Part shown: positions 28,225 through 38,051 of the stretch, in pieces
How positions within the stretch are numbered: the stretch's first letter is position 1
Layout of the letters: each line of letters begins with the position of its first letter
NCBI GenBank assembly: GCA_045863855.1
Contig: BTVV01000021.1
Location: 1 to 64,000 of the forward strand
Direction: 5' to 3'
DNA length: 64,000 nt
Source: Planctomycetota bacterium
GTDB lineage: Bacteria > Planctomycetota > SZUA-567 > H5-PLA8
The notes under the pieces: model-generated
The model's input: only the letters and a program-made list of their open reading frames with translations
Database searches by the model: none
What the model was told of the DNA's origin: nothing
Program-made: the position numbers and the translations under genes

Positions 28225-29496
28225 ATGCCGCGGAAACCGCCGGATCGCTTGCCCCAGGCCGCCGCCGCTCACGCGCGGCTCGACGCGCTGCGCAAAGACC
28301 TGCTCGATTTCACGGCCCGGTTCGTCGCCATCGATACAACCAACCCGCCGGGGCGGAATTACCTGGCATGCTGCGAGTTTCTCGCCGCGAAGCTGAAATC
28401 CCTGGGCCTGAAGCCGCAGATCCTGCGCGTGCCGCCTCACGAGCAGGCTCCGCTGGCGCCGGGGCTGGACGATTATCCGCGCTACAACCTCATCGCGCGC
28501 TGGGACGTGGGCGCGAAGCGGACGCTGCTCTTCACGGGGCACTACGACGTCGTGCCGGCCACCTCGGGCTGGAAGACCGATCCGTTCAAACCTTACGTGA
28601 AGCAAGAGAAGTTGTACGGGCGCGGCACGAGCGACATGAAGGGCTGCGACGCGGCGGCGATCTTCGCCGTGCAGGCGTTGCAAGAGAGCGGGCAGACGCC
28701 GCCCTGGAACGTGGAGCTGGCGTTCACGGCCGATGAAGAGACCGGCGGCTACGCGGGGCTGGGCTGGCTGGTGAAATCCGGCGCGCTGAAGGCCGACCGG
28801 GCGGTGCTGTTGGAAGGCGGGAGCGGCGAGAACCTCGGAATCGCGCACCGCGGCGTGCTGTGGCTGGAAGTGACCGTGCATGGGAAAGCCGGGCACGCGG
28901 CGAATCCGAAGAACGGGATCAATGCGCTCGAGAAGGCGCTGCCGCTGATCCGGCGGCTGAAGCGTCTGGAACGCGCGTACGCCTCGCGTAAGAGCGCGTA
29001 CCTGGGCGCCAAGCACGCGCGGCGGCCCACGCTGATGATCGGCGGCGTCTGCGGCGGCGGCGGGAAAATAAACACGATCCCCGACGCGTTCACGTTCTCC
29101 ATTGACCGCCGGCTGATCCCCGAGGACCGTTTGAGCGAAGTGAAGCGCGAACTGGCCGAGGCGATCAAGGACGCGCAACGCGACGATCCCGACTTGAAGG
29201 TGAGCGTGAAGTATCTGCTCTACGTGGAATCCGGGCATACCGCGCCGGACGAACCCATTGTCGCCACGGCGCTCGAGGCGTACCGCGCCGTATCCGGGAA
29301 GCGCGCGAAGCTGCGCATGACCGGCGGCTTCACCGACATGCATTTCCTGACGCGGGACGGGAAGATTCCGTCCGTCGGCTACGGCGCTCAAGGCGGCGGC
29401 GCGCACAGCGACCTGGAATTTCTGAGCCTGGCGAGCCAGGTGCAGACGGCGAAGTTTTATGCGGAGATGGCGGTACGGACGGACGGTGAACGGTAA
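28225..29496 (+). CDS. M20 metallopeptidase (ArgE/DapE family deacylase)
   Basis: TTNPPG, TGHYDVVP, LYGRGTSDMKG, ADEETGG, GHAA and AHSDLE. Confidence 0.92.
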   Translation: MPRKPPDRLPQAAAAHARLDALRKDLLDFTARFVAIDTTNPPGRNYLACCEFLAAKLKSLGLKPQILRVPPHEQAPLAPGLDDYPRYNLIARWDVGAKRTLLFTGHYDVVPATSGWKTDPFKPYVKQEKLYGRGTSDMKGCDAAAIFAVQALQESGQTPPWNVELAFTADEETGGYAGLGWLVKSGALKADRAVLLEGGSGENLGIAHRGVLWLEVTVHGKAGHAANPKNGINALEKALPLIRRLKRLERAYASRKSAYLGAKHARRPTLMIGGVCGGGGKINTIPDAFTFSIDRRLIPEDRLSEVKRELAEAIKDAQRDDPDLKVSVKYLLYVESGHTAPDEPIVATALEAYRAVSGKRAKLRMTGGFTDMHFLTRDGKIPSVGYGAQGGGAHSDLEFLSLASQVQTAKFYAEMAVRTDGER

Positions 29497-29570
29497 ACGG
29501 TGAAGGGCTACTAGCTGCGTCACCCTATGACGAGCGCCGTTCGATCCAACATCCCCAATCCAAAATCGAA

Positions 29571-30431
29571 CTACACCACGCGCCCCTTCATGCGTCCGAC
29601 GCGGTCGACCCACTTCGACCATTCGGCGGCTTCGGCGAGGGATCCGGCGTAGGCTTGCAGGAAGACCGCGCGGTGGTCGGGGGTGAAGCCGTATTCGCCC
29701 TTCTTGGGCAGGAACGAGCGCAGGATCTGGTACAGGTTCTTGGCGCGGGCGAGTTTCGAGAGCCGGCGTTGCAATTCGCAGCCCAGCAGGTCGATGATGA
29801 AAAATTCGCTGGGGCTGGAAGGCGCGCCCGGCAGGACCAGAACGTGCTCGGCCTTGCAGTCGTCGTGGTAGAGCTTGTGTTCGTGCAGCGAGAGGATGAA
29901 TCGGCCCAGTGCGAGGAGCAGGTCGCGGCGTTCGACTTCCGTATCGAGGCGGTGCCAGCGCTGGATCGCGTTCTCCGAGCCGGGGATGGCCTCGGTGGCG
30001 AGGAGGCTGAAGGGCGAGAGGGCGCCGGCGGCTTCGGCGAGCCAGACGGGGCGCGGCGTGCGGATGCCCAGTTCCATGAGCTTCCAGCCCAGATCGAATT
30101 CGTGCTGCGCGCGCGAGCGGCGCGTAATGCGCAGGTAAGGCCCGTACCACGTCTTGTAGTTGTAGCGTTTGACGTAGACTTCGATCGGTGCGCCGTACTG
30201 CCCGGCGCTGAGCTTGACCACGCGGCGGCTGCGGCTGACCTTCGCGACGAACTCGGTGGTGGTGTTCAGTTCCAGCGGGCTTTCCCATGGGATCTGGGTA
30301 CCGCGGAAGCGCTTGAACGGGGCGAGGCACTTGATCTTGTAGCCTTCCTTCTCGAAGGCCGTCCAATCGACGGTCCCTTCGGGACGGCGCGTGATGACTC
30401 CGGTCTGGCCTCTGCGAAATCCTGAACTCAT
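29571..30431 (-). CDS. Lipopolysaccharide kinase-like protein (WaaP/InaA/Kdo kinase family)
   Basis: VYVKRY, SRAQHE, GIRTPRPV, LYHDDCKAEHVL and IIDL. Translationally coupled to the glycosyltransferase. Confidence 0.82.
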   Translation of the reverse strand: MSSGFRRGQTGVITRRPEGTVDWTAFEKEGYKIKCLAPFKRFRGTQIPWESPLELNTTTEFVAKVSRSRRVVKLSAGQYGAPIEVYVKRYNYKTWYGPYLRITRRSRAQHEFDLGWKLMELGIRTPRPVWLAEAAGALSPFSLLATEAIPGSENAIQRWHRLDTEVERRDLLLALGRFILSLHEHKLYHDDCKAEHVLVLPGAPSSPSEFFIIDLLGCELQRRLSKLARAKNLYQILRSFLPKKGEYGFTPDHRAVFLQAYAGSLAEAAEWSKWVDRVGRMKGRVV

Positions 30432-31573
30432 GATGGCATCGATCCCGTCCCGGTGGCTCCGGCTTCCGCGTACACTCGTTCGTGCGCGCGCACCCAGGCG
30501 GCGTAGCCGTGGTTCGCTTCGGCGCGCGCGCGTCCCGCCGCGCCCCACGCCGCTCGGACTTCGGCCGGCAGGGCCAGCAGATCCCGCAACGCGCGTCCCA
30601 TCGCGTCGGCATTCCCGGGGGGCACCAGTTTGCCCGAAATCTCCGGCTCGACCAGATCGGGAATCGCGCCCACCGTGGTGCCGACCGCCGGCAGCGCCAG
30701 CGCCATGTATTCCAGCACCGCGCGCGAAAAACCTTCGCTCCCCGTCGACGCCAGTACGCCGGCGTCGGCGGCTTCGAGCAGTCCGGCGATGTCCCGCGGA
30801 TCCTGCCGGCCCAGAAAGCGCACGCGGTCTTCCAGTTTCGCCGCGCGTGCCTGCGCTTCCAATGCTTCCTGGCGCCCGCCGCCGCCGATGAGGAGCAGCA
30901 CCGCGGAAGGGTGCGCCGCGTGCACGACGCTCCAGGCCCGCAGCAGGATGTCGTGGCCTTTGATGGGCATCAACCGCGCGACGCATGCGACGACGAGGGC
31001 GTCCGGATCGAGCTTCAAATCGGCTCGGACGGCTTCGCGCCGGCCGGTGCGCGCGTAGCGTTCGAGGTCCAGGCCGCCGGGGATGAGCGCCACGTGGGCG
31101 CCGGGATACAGCTTGGTGCTCCGCACGTCGGCCTCGACGGCTTTCGAGACGACGATCATGCGCGCGGTGCGCCGCGCGAGCCAGCGGTTGAAGAGATGCG
31201 CGCTGAGCGGTCGCGTGAGGTGGCGTGTGCGCACGACGGGGATTTTGCGCTTCAGGCGGCGCTGGGCGAGCGCGGCGAGCCAGTGTTCCTTGCTGCGGTG
31301 GGCGTGGACGACGTCGATACGGTGTTCGCGGATCAGTTCGGCGATGCGCGCCATGTCGGCCCAATCGCGCAGCGGGTTCCAACGGCTCTCGAAGCGGAAC
31401 GCGATGGGATCGAGCGCGCGAGCCTGGGCATGCGCGTGCGTCTCGAATCCTTCGCGCAAGCCCAGCAGCACGGTATGCCCCGCCCGGCGCAGAGCCTCGG
31501 TGAGGTTGAGCGTATGCGCAGCTTCACCGACGTACTTTCGGGCGCTGTTGAGTTGAAGGATGCGCAGCGGCAT
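30428..31573 (-). CDS. Glycosyltransferase family 4
   Basis: DVVHAH, VVRTRH, VARLMPIKG and SEGFSRAVLEYMA...VGAIPD. Confidence 0.93.
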   Translation of the reverse strand: MPLRILQLNSARKYVGEAAHTLNLTEALRRAGHTVLLGLREGFETHAHAQARALDPIAFRFESRWNPLRDWADMARIAELIREHRIDVVHAHRSKEHWLAALAQRRLKRKIPVVRTRHLTRPLSAHLFNRWLARRTARMIVVSKAVEADVRSTKLYPGAHVALIPGGLDLERYARTGRREAVRADLKLDPDALVVACVARLMPIKGHDILLRAWSVVHAAHPSAVLLLIGGGGRQEALEAQARAAKLEDRVRFLGRQDPRDIAGLLEAADAGVLASTGSEGFSRAVLEYMALALPAVGTTVGAIPDLVEPEISGKLVPPGNADAMGRALRDLLALPAEVRAAWGAAGRARAEANHGYAAWVRAHERVYAEAGATGTGSMPS

Positions 31574-31639
31574 GGGCGGCTATTGTAAAGCGCGCTCTGG
31601 GTTTTCTCTACCGGTGGGAAGCAGAGTCCGCTCCAAGCG

Positions 31640-32386
31640 CTAAAACGGCGGCGCGGTGAACTCCAGCAGCAGCGCGAAGGTGTTGTAGAGGCCGTGGAGC
31701 ACCCACGCGGCGAGCAGGTAGGGGTAGGCGAGGGCCAGGTTCGGGCGCGCGTGGCGGGCCCAGAGATCGCGCCACATGCGCAGGACGCCGACGTGCGCGA
31801 GCAGCGTGCAGCCCACATGCAGCGCCACGCAAACGGTCCAGCGCCAAGCCACCAGTTCCGGTGAAGGGTGCGGCACATATACGTGCAGGTAAAGCAGGTT
31901 CTCCAACGCCGCGAAGGCGAACCCCGACGCCGCGGCGCAGACGAGGATCTGCGCGGGCGACCGGAACAGATAGGGCTTCTTTTCGACGAGCCAGAGCGCG
32001 GTGGCGACCTTGAGCATCTCTTCGGCGAGGGGGCCGAAGATCGTCAACGCGATCAGGCCGCCGGCCGATTCGGGGGTTCCGACAAACGCGCCGACGACCG
32101 CGAAGGGTCCAGCCACCAGCGCCGCGCCCAAGGTCACGCACCAGCTTCCGGCGAAAGTGGTTTCCGCGCGCTTGCGCTCCAGCCAGTTGGCGTAGGCGAG
32201 CGGATGAGCGGAGTCGGCTGTCCGCATGCCGGCCAGCGCGGGCTCGTCGAAAACGCTGTGCTCGACGAGCTGGTCCTCCGACGGCGGCTGGGCCGGCTGT
32301 TCGGGCGGGGCTTCGCTGGGATCGGGAACGAAGTCGCGCTTCTGGAAATGCGGTTCGTCGAAGACGGACGGATCGGTGGATGGCAC
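31640..32386 (-). CDS. PrsW family intramembrane protease
   Basis: GPLAEEMLK, GFAFAALENLLY, VALH and LHGLYN. Confidence 0.88.
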   Translation of the reverse strand: MPSTDPSVFDEPHFQKRDFVPDPSEAPPEQPAQPPSEDQLVEHSVFDEPALAGMRTADSAHPLAYANWLERKRAETTFAGSWCVTLGAALVAGPFAVVGAFVGTPESAGGLIALTIFGPLAEEMLKVATALWLVEKKPYLFRSPAQILVCAAASGFAFAALENLLYLHVYVPHPSPELVAWRWTVCVALHVGCTLLAHVGVLRMWRDLWARHARPNLALAYPYLLAAWVLHGLYNTFALLLEFTAPPF

Positions 32387-32413
32387 GCGTAGCCCTCGCC
32401 CCTCGGCGGACGC

Positions 32414-32896
32414 TCAGGCCGCGCGCTTGTAGGCCGTGCCGAAGACGGTGGCGGCGGCCATGGCTTGCGCCTGCGGGTTGGTGCCCGTACCGCTGATGTC
32501 CACGCCTTCCAGGCGCACGTTGCAGACGGCGTCGTATCCCATCTGCCGGGCCTGTTCGACCATTCGCATCGTCGCCTCGCGCCGGGCGCGGTCCATAAGC
32601 GTCTCGAAGCTTGTGAGTTCGCCGCCGAAGATCTTTTTCAGACTCGCCGCGAAGGTCTTGAAGTAATCGGTGGCGATCACGCACTCGCCGCTGACGAGGA
32701 CCGCGCCGTGGCGCGGGTCGGCGCCGAGCGGGTAGCTGCGCAAGCCCGTCAGGAGCACCTCGCGCGCGGCGGCCTCGCGGGCATCCAGGTCGCGCATGTG
32801 CGCTTGCTCCCTCGCGCGGCCGACGATCCAGCCCAGGACCAGCAGCACGAAGCTGATGCCCAAGCTGATCAGCAAAATGACCAGGTCCGCGTTCAT
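32414..32896 (-). CDS. YbjQ/UPF0145 family protein with an N-terminal TM helix
   Basis: LVSGECVIATDYFK, FGGEL, RARREATMRM and NVRLE...GTA. Confidence 0.85.
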   Translation of the reverse strand: MNADLVILLISLGISFVLLVLGWIVGRAREQAHMRDLDAREAAAREVLLTGLRSYPLGADPRHGAVLVSGECVIATDYFKTFAASLKKIFGGELTSFETLMDRARREATMRMVEQARQMGYDAVCNVRLEGVDISGTGTNPQAQAMAAATVFGTAYKRAA

Positions 32897-32898
32897 GC

Positions 32899-33249
32899 TT
32901 AGAACCTCGGCGGCGGCGGAACCGCCGGAGCTTCGGGTTCGACCCAGACGGCGGTGCCGTAGGCGTAAATCTCGGCTGCGCCTTGCGTGACCGAACTGGT
33001 GCTGAAGCGCACGTTCAGGACGGCGTTGGCCTGAAGCTGCTGGGCCTGCGCCAGCATCCGCTCCATGGCTTCGCGGCGGGCTTCGGTGAGCAGCTCGGTG
33101 TAGCCGTGCAGTTCGCCGCCGACGAGGTTTTTGAAGCCCGCGGCGATGTCGCGGCCCAGATGCTTGGCGCGCACCGTGTTGCCTTGCACGATGCCCTTCA
33201 CCTGCACGATTCGCATGCCCGGCAGGGTTTCGGTATTCACGACGATCAT
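32899..33249 (-). CDS. YbjQ/UPF0145 family protein
   Basis: VRAKHLGRDIAAGFKNLVGGELHGYTELL, ANAVLNVRF and AYGTAV. Confidence 0.92.
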   Translation of the reverse strand: MIVVNTETLPGMRIVQVKGIVQGNTVRAKHLGRDIAAGFKNLVGGELHGYTELLTEARREAMERMLAQAQQLQANAVLNVRFSTSSVTQGAAEIYAYGTAVWVEPEAPAVPPPPRF

Positions 33250-33348
33250 GGCTGGATTCCTCGGCCGCGCGATGGCGCGTCGGCTGGCCCTCTATTGAGG
33301 ATAGTTCTAGAAGGCTTTCGAGTGCCCGCAAGCTGGGGAAAGGCCCGT

Positions 33349-33759
33349 TCAGGATTCGGGCCGTTTACGCCGCAACGTTTGGGAGAAGGGGGACGGTTCG
33401 GGCGCCTGGGCCGCACGGCCTTTCCAGGCCATCAAGTACAGCGTCAGGACACTCGCGAGCGGCAGGGTCAGCGCCGCCACCGCAACGATTCCGGCTATTT
33501 GTACGGCCAAGCGCGCACCGCGGCCTCCGGTCCGCCCCGCCCAGACGCCGAATGCGCCCAAGGCGCTCCACGTGCCCAGCAACGCCACCGCCAGCAGGTA
33601 AATCCCGAAGCCCAGCAGCGCCAGCGGCTCTCCCGCTTCGATCGCCGCGCGCCAGCGGATGGCTTGGGCCTGCATGAGCACGATCGGCGCCGCAAGCCCC
33701 GCTCCGGCCGCCATGCCCCAGAGCAGAAAGATCGAGTATTGAAGCCGCGGGACAGGCAT
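33349..33759 (-). CDS. Small hypothetical integral membrane protein
   Basis: ATG just after the sulfatase stop, followed by three hydrophobic segments. Confidence 0.55.
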   Translation of the reverse strand: MPVPRLQYSIFLLWGMAAGAGLAAPIVLMQAQAIRWRAAIEAGEPLALLGFGIYLLAVALLGTWSALGAFGVWAGRTGGRGARLAVQIAGIVAVAALTLPLASVLTLYLMAWKGRAAQAPEPSPFSQTLRRKRPES

Positions 33760-33764
33760 GGCGT

Positions 33765-35114
33765 TTACAACTCCGGCAGGCGGAAGCTGTCTCCGGTATC
33801 GGCGATCCACTGCGCCAGGCGATCCTGAAGACGTTTGCGTTCGGCGCGGAAGACGGTGTTGTGCGCCAGATTCACCAGTTCGTACGGATCTTCGTTGAGG
33901 TGGAACAGAAGCCAGGGCTGGCCCTCGAGGCAGACGTACTTCCAGCCGTCTTTGGTGACAAGCCCGCGCCAGGGGCGGTCGGTGCTGTTGCCGTGCATGG
34001 TGGGCCGGCAGAGCTGCAGATAAGCCGAATCGGGGTCGTGCTTCACTTCGCGCCCGCGGATGTAATGCCCCGAGTAGTCGGTCCCGGCCATCCAGTCGGG
34101 CGGATCGATGCCGCAGAGGCCCAGGCTGGTCGGCGCGATATCGACGTGGTTCACCGGGAGCGGGCGGCGGCCCGAATTGAAGCGGTAGCGCGGGCGGACG
34201 CCCGAAATAACGAACGGGACGCGGATGCTCTCTTCGTAGGGGTTCGTCTTCCGGAACATCCCGTGGCTGCCGTGCATGTCGCCGTGGTCGCTGAAGAAGA
34301 TCACGTGGGTGTCGTCGCCCAGTCCCGAAGCTTCCAGCGCGGCCAGGATGCGCCCGAGGTTCCAGTCGAGGTTCTCGATCATCGCGCAGTAGCCGGCGAA
34401 TTCGCGCCGCGCCTGTTGAACGACACGCGGGATATCCGGGACGTTGGGCCGGAGTTGGACGCTCGCGGCGCTGTGCCGGCGCATCCATTCTTCCGGCGCG
34501 ACGTAGGGATCGTGCGGCGGCTGAACCGAGAGGGCCGCGAAGAAGGGCTGCCCTGCGCCCGAACGATAGCCTTGCGCGCGTTCCTTGAGGTGCGCGATGA
34601 ACAGATCGGTCAGCGCGTCGGTCTCGTAGCCCGGCAGGCGGTACTGAAACGCGCCGGATCCCTCGCCGCCGTGGACCCAGCAGTCGAACTGGCTGTTGTT
34701 GTTCTCGTAGCCGGCCCAGGTATCGAATCCGCCGCGGCGTTCGGGCGGGACGATATGCAGCCCGGCTCGTCCGCCGCGTTCCTTGTAGCCGTCGACGTGC
34801 CACTTGCCGAAGTACCCGGTGTGATACCCCGCGGCCTTGAAGGCGTGCGCGACGGTGCGCCGATCGGTGGGCATCGCGTCCTCGTGGCCCGGAACGCAAC
34901 GGTGCGGATACTGGCTGCTCAGGAGCGACCCGCGAAACGGGCAGCACAGCGGCGTCCCGGCGACGGCCTGCGTGGCGACGAGTCCCTCCGAAGCCAAGCG
35001 GTCGAAGGTGGGCGTACGCAGATTGGGGTCGCCCATGTGGCCCTGGGATTGGGCGCGGTGCTGGTCGCCGAAGACCCAGATGACGTTGGGGCGTCGCGCG
35101 GCGGGTGCATTCAT
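33765..35114 (-). CDS. Sulfatase (formylglycine-dependent, Cys-type)
   Basis: PNVIWVFGDQHR, CCPFRGSLL (CxPxR), GKWH, PPHDPY and SDHGDM. Confidence 0.95.
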   Translation of the reverse strand: MNAPAARRPNVIWVFGDQHRAQSQGHMGDPNLRTPTFDRLASEGLVATQAVAGTPLCCPFRGSLLSSQYPHRCVPGHEDAMPTDRRTVAHAFKAAGYHTGYFGKWHVDGYKERGGRAGLHIVPPERRGGFDTWAGYENNNSQFDCWVHGGEGSGAFQYRLPGYETDALTDLFIAHLKERAQGYRSGAGQPFFAALSVQPPHDPYVAPEEWMRRHSAASVQLRPNVPDIPRVVQQARREFAGYCAMIENLDWNLGRILAALEASGLGDDTHVIFFSDHGDMHGSHGMFRKTNPYEESIRVPFVISGVRPRYRFNSGRRPLPVNHVDIAPTSLGLCGIDPPDWMAGTDYSGHYIRGREVKHDPDSAYLQLCRPTMHGNSTDRPWRGLVTKDGWKYVCLEGQPWLLFHLNEDPYELVNLAHNTVFRAERKRLQDRLAQWIADTGDSFRLPEL

Positions 35115-35229
35115 GCGTGAGGCTCCGGGTAGGTGAAGAGCAATTAGTTTACCCCAAACGGAGACGCCAGATCATACGTTACGGGAAGGATGGCGTGCAT
35201 GGGCACACGGCGATTGCGGGGCGCCGGTC

Positions 35230-35340
35230 AGGCGATTTCCGCACGGTTTGCTGTACGCGATGGAGCTCGACACGATTCAGGTGCTTGCCGTGATGCATCC
35301 GCACCGTGCCCCAGGTTATTGGCAAAACCGGCTTCCGTAA
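35230..35340 (+). pseudogene. C-terminal remnant of a RelE/ParE-family toxin
   Basis: This frame reads RRFPHGLLYAMELDTIQVLAVMHPHRAPGYWQNRLP*. No credible N-terminus or antitoxin lies upstream. Confidence 0.7.
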
Positions 35341-35358
35341 TCAGGTGGAGGCGACAGC

Positions 35359-35395
35359 AAATAAAGCGGCCGCACCCGGTTGGGGTGCGGCCGTT
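35359..35395 (-). terminator. Rho-independent terminator of the SOD gene
   Basis: GCGGCCGCACCC / GGGTGCGGCCGT stem, with TTTATTT following on the minus strand. Confidence 0.8.
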
Positions 35396-35423
35396 GAATG
35401 CGTTGCCATCGCGAGCGGACCGT

Positions 35424-36023
<600 letters not shown>

Positions 36024-36176
36024 GACGAGGTACCTCCTAAAAAGGGTTAAGCGCAAAAGACCTCATGAAAGTGCGAAAGCGTACCTTCGGCGTCCACTCT
36101 TACCGGTCCCTGGGTCCGGTTCAACTCAAGATTACGGAAAGCGCTGTAAAGCCTTGGCTTGTGAAAGTTTGTAAAG

Positions 36177-36872
36177 TCACGCCTCGGGCTTCTGGTAGGC
36201 CGCGATCAGATGCGTCGGCCAGAACCAGGGGATCTTGCGCAGCAGGAGCGGTTTGGGCAGCTTCGCGGCGCATTCGTGGAGCAGCCTCGCGTCGAAGTGA
36301 TGCAGGTGGTACTCGCTGTTATAGACGTGTTCGTCGGGCGAGCCGTCGCCGAGCAGGACCGGGCCGAGGCCCAGCTTGCGGGCGATCCGGATGCCCCTCT
36401 CGATGGTCACTTCGTACGAAACGCTCAACACCAGCCGCCCGCCCGGCTTGAGTACGCGGAAGGATTCTTCAAGCACCTTCTCGGGACGCAGGACATGGCT
36501 GAGGACCGAGCTGCAGAGCACGCGGTCGAAGGTGGCGTCGGCGTATGGAAGCTGTTCGGCGTCGGCATGGACGATGCGCGCCTGATCGCCCAACCGCTGG
36601 CGGGCCCGGCCGACCATTTTCTTGGAGAGGTCCAGTCCGTGGCGCGCGCCGGCATCCACTTGTAGGAGCAGATTCCCGGCCCCGCAACCGACATCGAGCA
36701 GCGCGTGATCGCGGTCGGCCTTCAAAAGCCGCAGCACCGCTCGGACGCGCCGGGATTCCATCCAGCGCACCACCGTGCGGGGATGATCGTGGAAGCGTTC
36801 GGGGTCGTGGCGAGCGACCATCTGCTCGTTCCACTCCGCGAATCGTTCGGGCATAGAGATCTGGTCGTGCAT
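36177..36872 (-). CDS. Class I SAM-dependent methyltransferase
   Basis: LLDVGCGAG, GLDLS, DAEQLPY..ATFD and RVLKPGG. Confidence 0.92.
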   Translation of the reverse strand: MHDQISMPERFAEWNEQMVARHDPERFHDHPRTVVRWMESRRVRAVLRLLKADRDHALLDVGCGAGNLLLQVDAGARHGLDLSKKMVGRARQRLGDQARIVHADAEQLPYADATFDRVLCSSVLSHVLRPEKVLEESFRVLKPGGRLVLSVSYEVTIERGIRIARKLGLGPVLLGDGSPDEHVYNSEYHLHHFDARLLHECAAKLPKPLLLRKIPWFWPTHLIAAYQKPEA

Positions 36873-37046
36873 GGCGCCGTTTGATCCGCTCCCGCTGGTT
36901 GCATCGAAGGGGGCACAGGGTAACGCAAGCGGCTCCGAATGGAAAGCGCGCCGGGAAGGCCCTGTTCTTATTCGGGGAACGCTTGACGAGGTGCGCTCGA
37001 TGCATGAACATAACTCGAATCACGGCAGGCGGTTTCAGCTAAAAGC

Positions 37047-37928
37047 GTGCCGCTTGTCCAAGCAGCGTGGAGCGCCGTGGACGCGCCAACCCATTCGGGG
37101 TCCGATCCCGCCTTGCAGCCCGAGCCCGCTTCTCCCGGAGATGCGGCGGGTGACGCTGCGCCCGCGCCGAATCCGCACGACGCCGACGATCACGCCGATC
37201 CGCTGGGCATCGACGCGGAAGACGGCGGTAAGCCGTCCCCGCTTCCGCGGCCCGCGCGCCCGCAGGAACCCGTGCAGATCAACAGTTCGGCCGTCCTCGC
37301 CGCGGTGGACGATCTGCCGCTGGCCGAAGAAGTCGAACTGAAGGATATGCCCGACGAGGAACTGATGAAGTTCTGTCAGGAAGGCGACGAAGTGGCTTTC
37401 AACGAACTCTTCGCGCGCTACCAGGGTCCGGCGCTTTCGTTCATCTTCCGCATGATCGGCGACCGCGCGCGCACCGAGGCGCTGGGGCAGGAAGCGTTCT
37501 TGCGCATTTTCAAAGACGCCAAGAGCTACCAGCATCCGCGCAGCTTCGCGACGTGGTTCTATACGATCGTCCGCAACCTTTGCAAAAACGAGCTGCGCTG
37601 GCGTTCGCGGCATCCCACGGTCTCGATCGAAGAGAACGTGGACCGCAGCGGATCGGGCGAAGGCACGGGCCTGCAGATCGGCGACAACCTGCGCGCCAAG
37701 ACGATGGACCCGCTCGAGAAACTCGTCGGCGACGAACTGGTCACGAAGCTGCGCGACGGCTTGGAAAGCTTGCCCGACGTGGAGCGTGAAATTCTGATCC
37801 TGAACCGGTTCCAGGGTCTCAAGTACCGCGAGATCGCGGAGGTGGTGGGATTGCCGGTGGGCACGGTGCGCAGCCGGATTCACACGGCGTTGGAACGGCT
37901 TAGAAAACAGGTGAAAGACTACATTTGA
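37047..37928 (+). CDS. ECF sigma factor (start uncertain; possible acidic N-terminal extension)
   Basis: DEELM...AFNELF, QEAFLRI, FATWFYTIVRNLC and YREIAEVVGLPVGTVRSRIH. Confidence 0.9.
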   Translation: MPLVQAAWSAVDAPTHSGSDPALQPEPASPGDAAGDAAPAPNPHDADDHADPLGIDAEDGGKPSPLPRPARPQEPVQINSSAVLAAVDDLPLAEEVELKDMPDEELMKFCQEGDEVAFNELFARYQGPALSFIFRMIGDRARTEALGQEAFLRIFKDAKSYQHPRSFATWFYTIVRNLCKNELRWRSRHPTVSIEENVDRSGSGEGTGLQIGDNLRAKTMDPLEKLVGDELVTKLRDGLESLPDVEREILILNRFQGLKYREIAEVVGLPVGTVRSRIHTALERLRKQVKDYI

Positions 37929-38051
37929 GCCGAGTTAGGCCGGATGAAGCGGAATCCTCGTCCCAGCGAGGGTGTACATAACCAGGAGGAGGGGCCCTTC
38001 GGGGCCGCGCCGCGCGGCCGGGAAGCACCCGGCGGGCGGCGGAGCTGAAGC

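Noticed and set aside
29571..31382. 603-aa ORF as a single fusion protein
   Set aside because: The N-terminal half is an out-of-frame overlap with the glycosyltransferase. The kinase plausibly starts at ATG 30431 (ATGA overlap).
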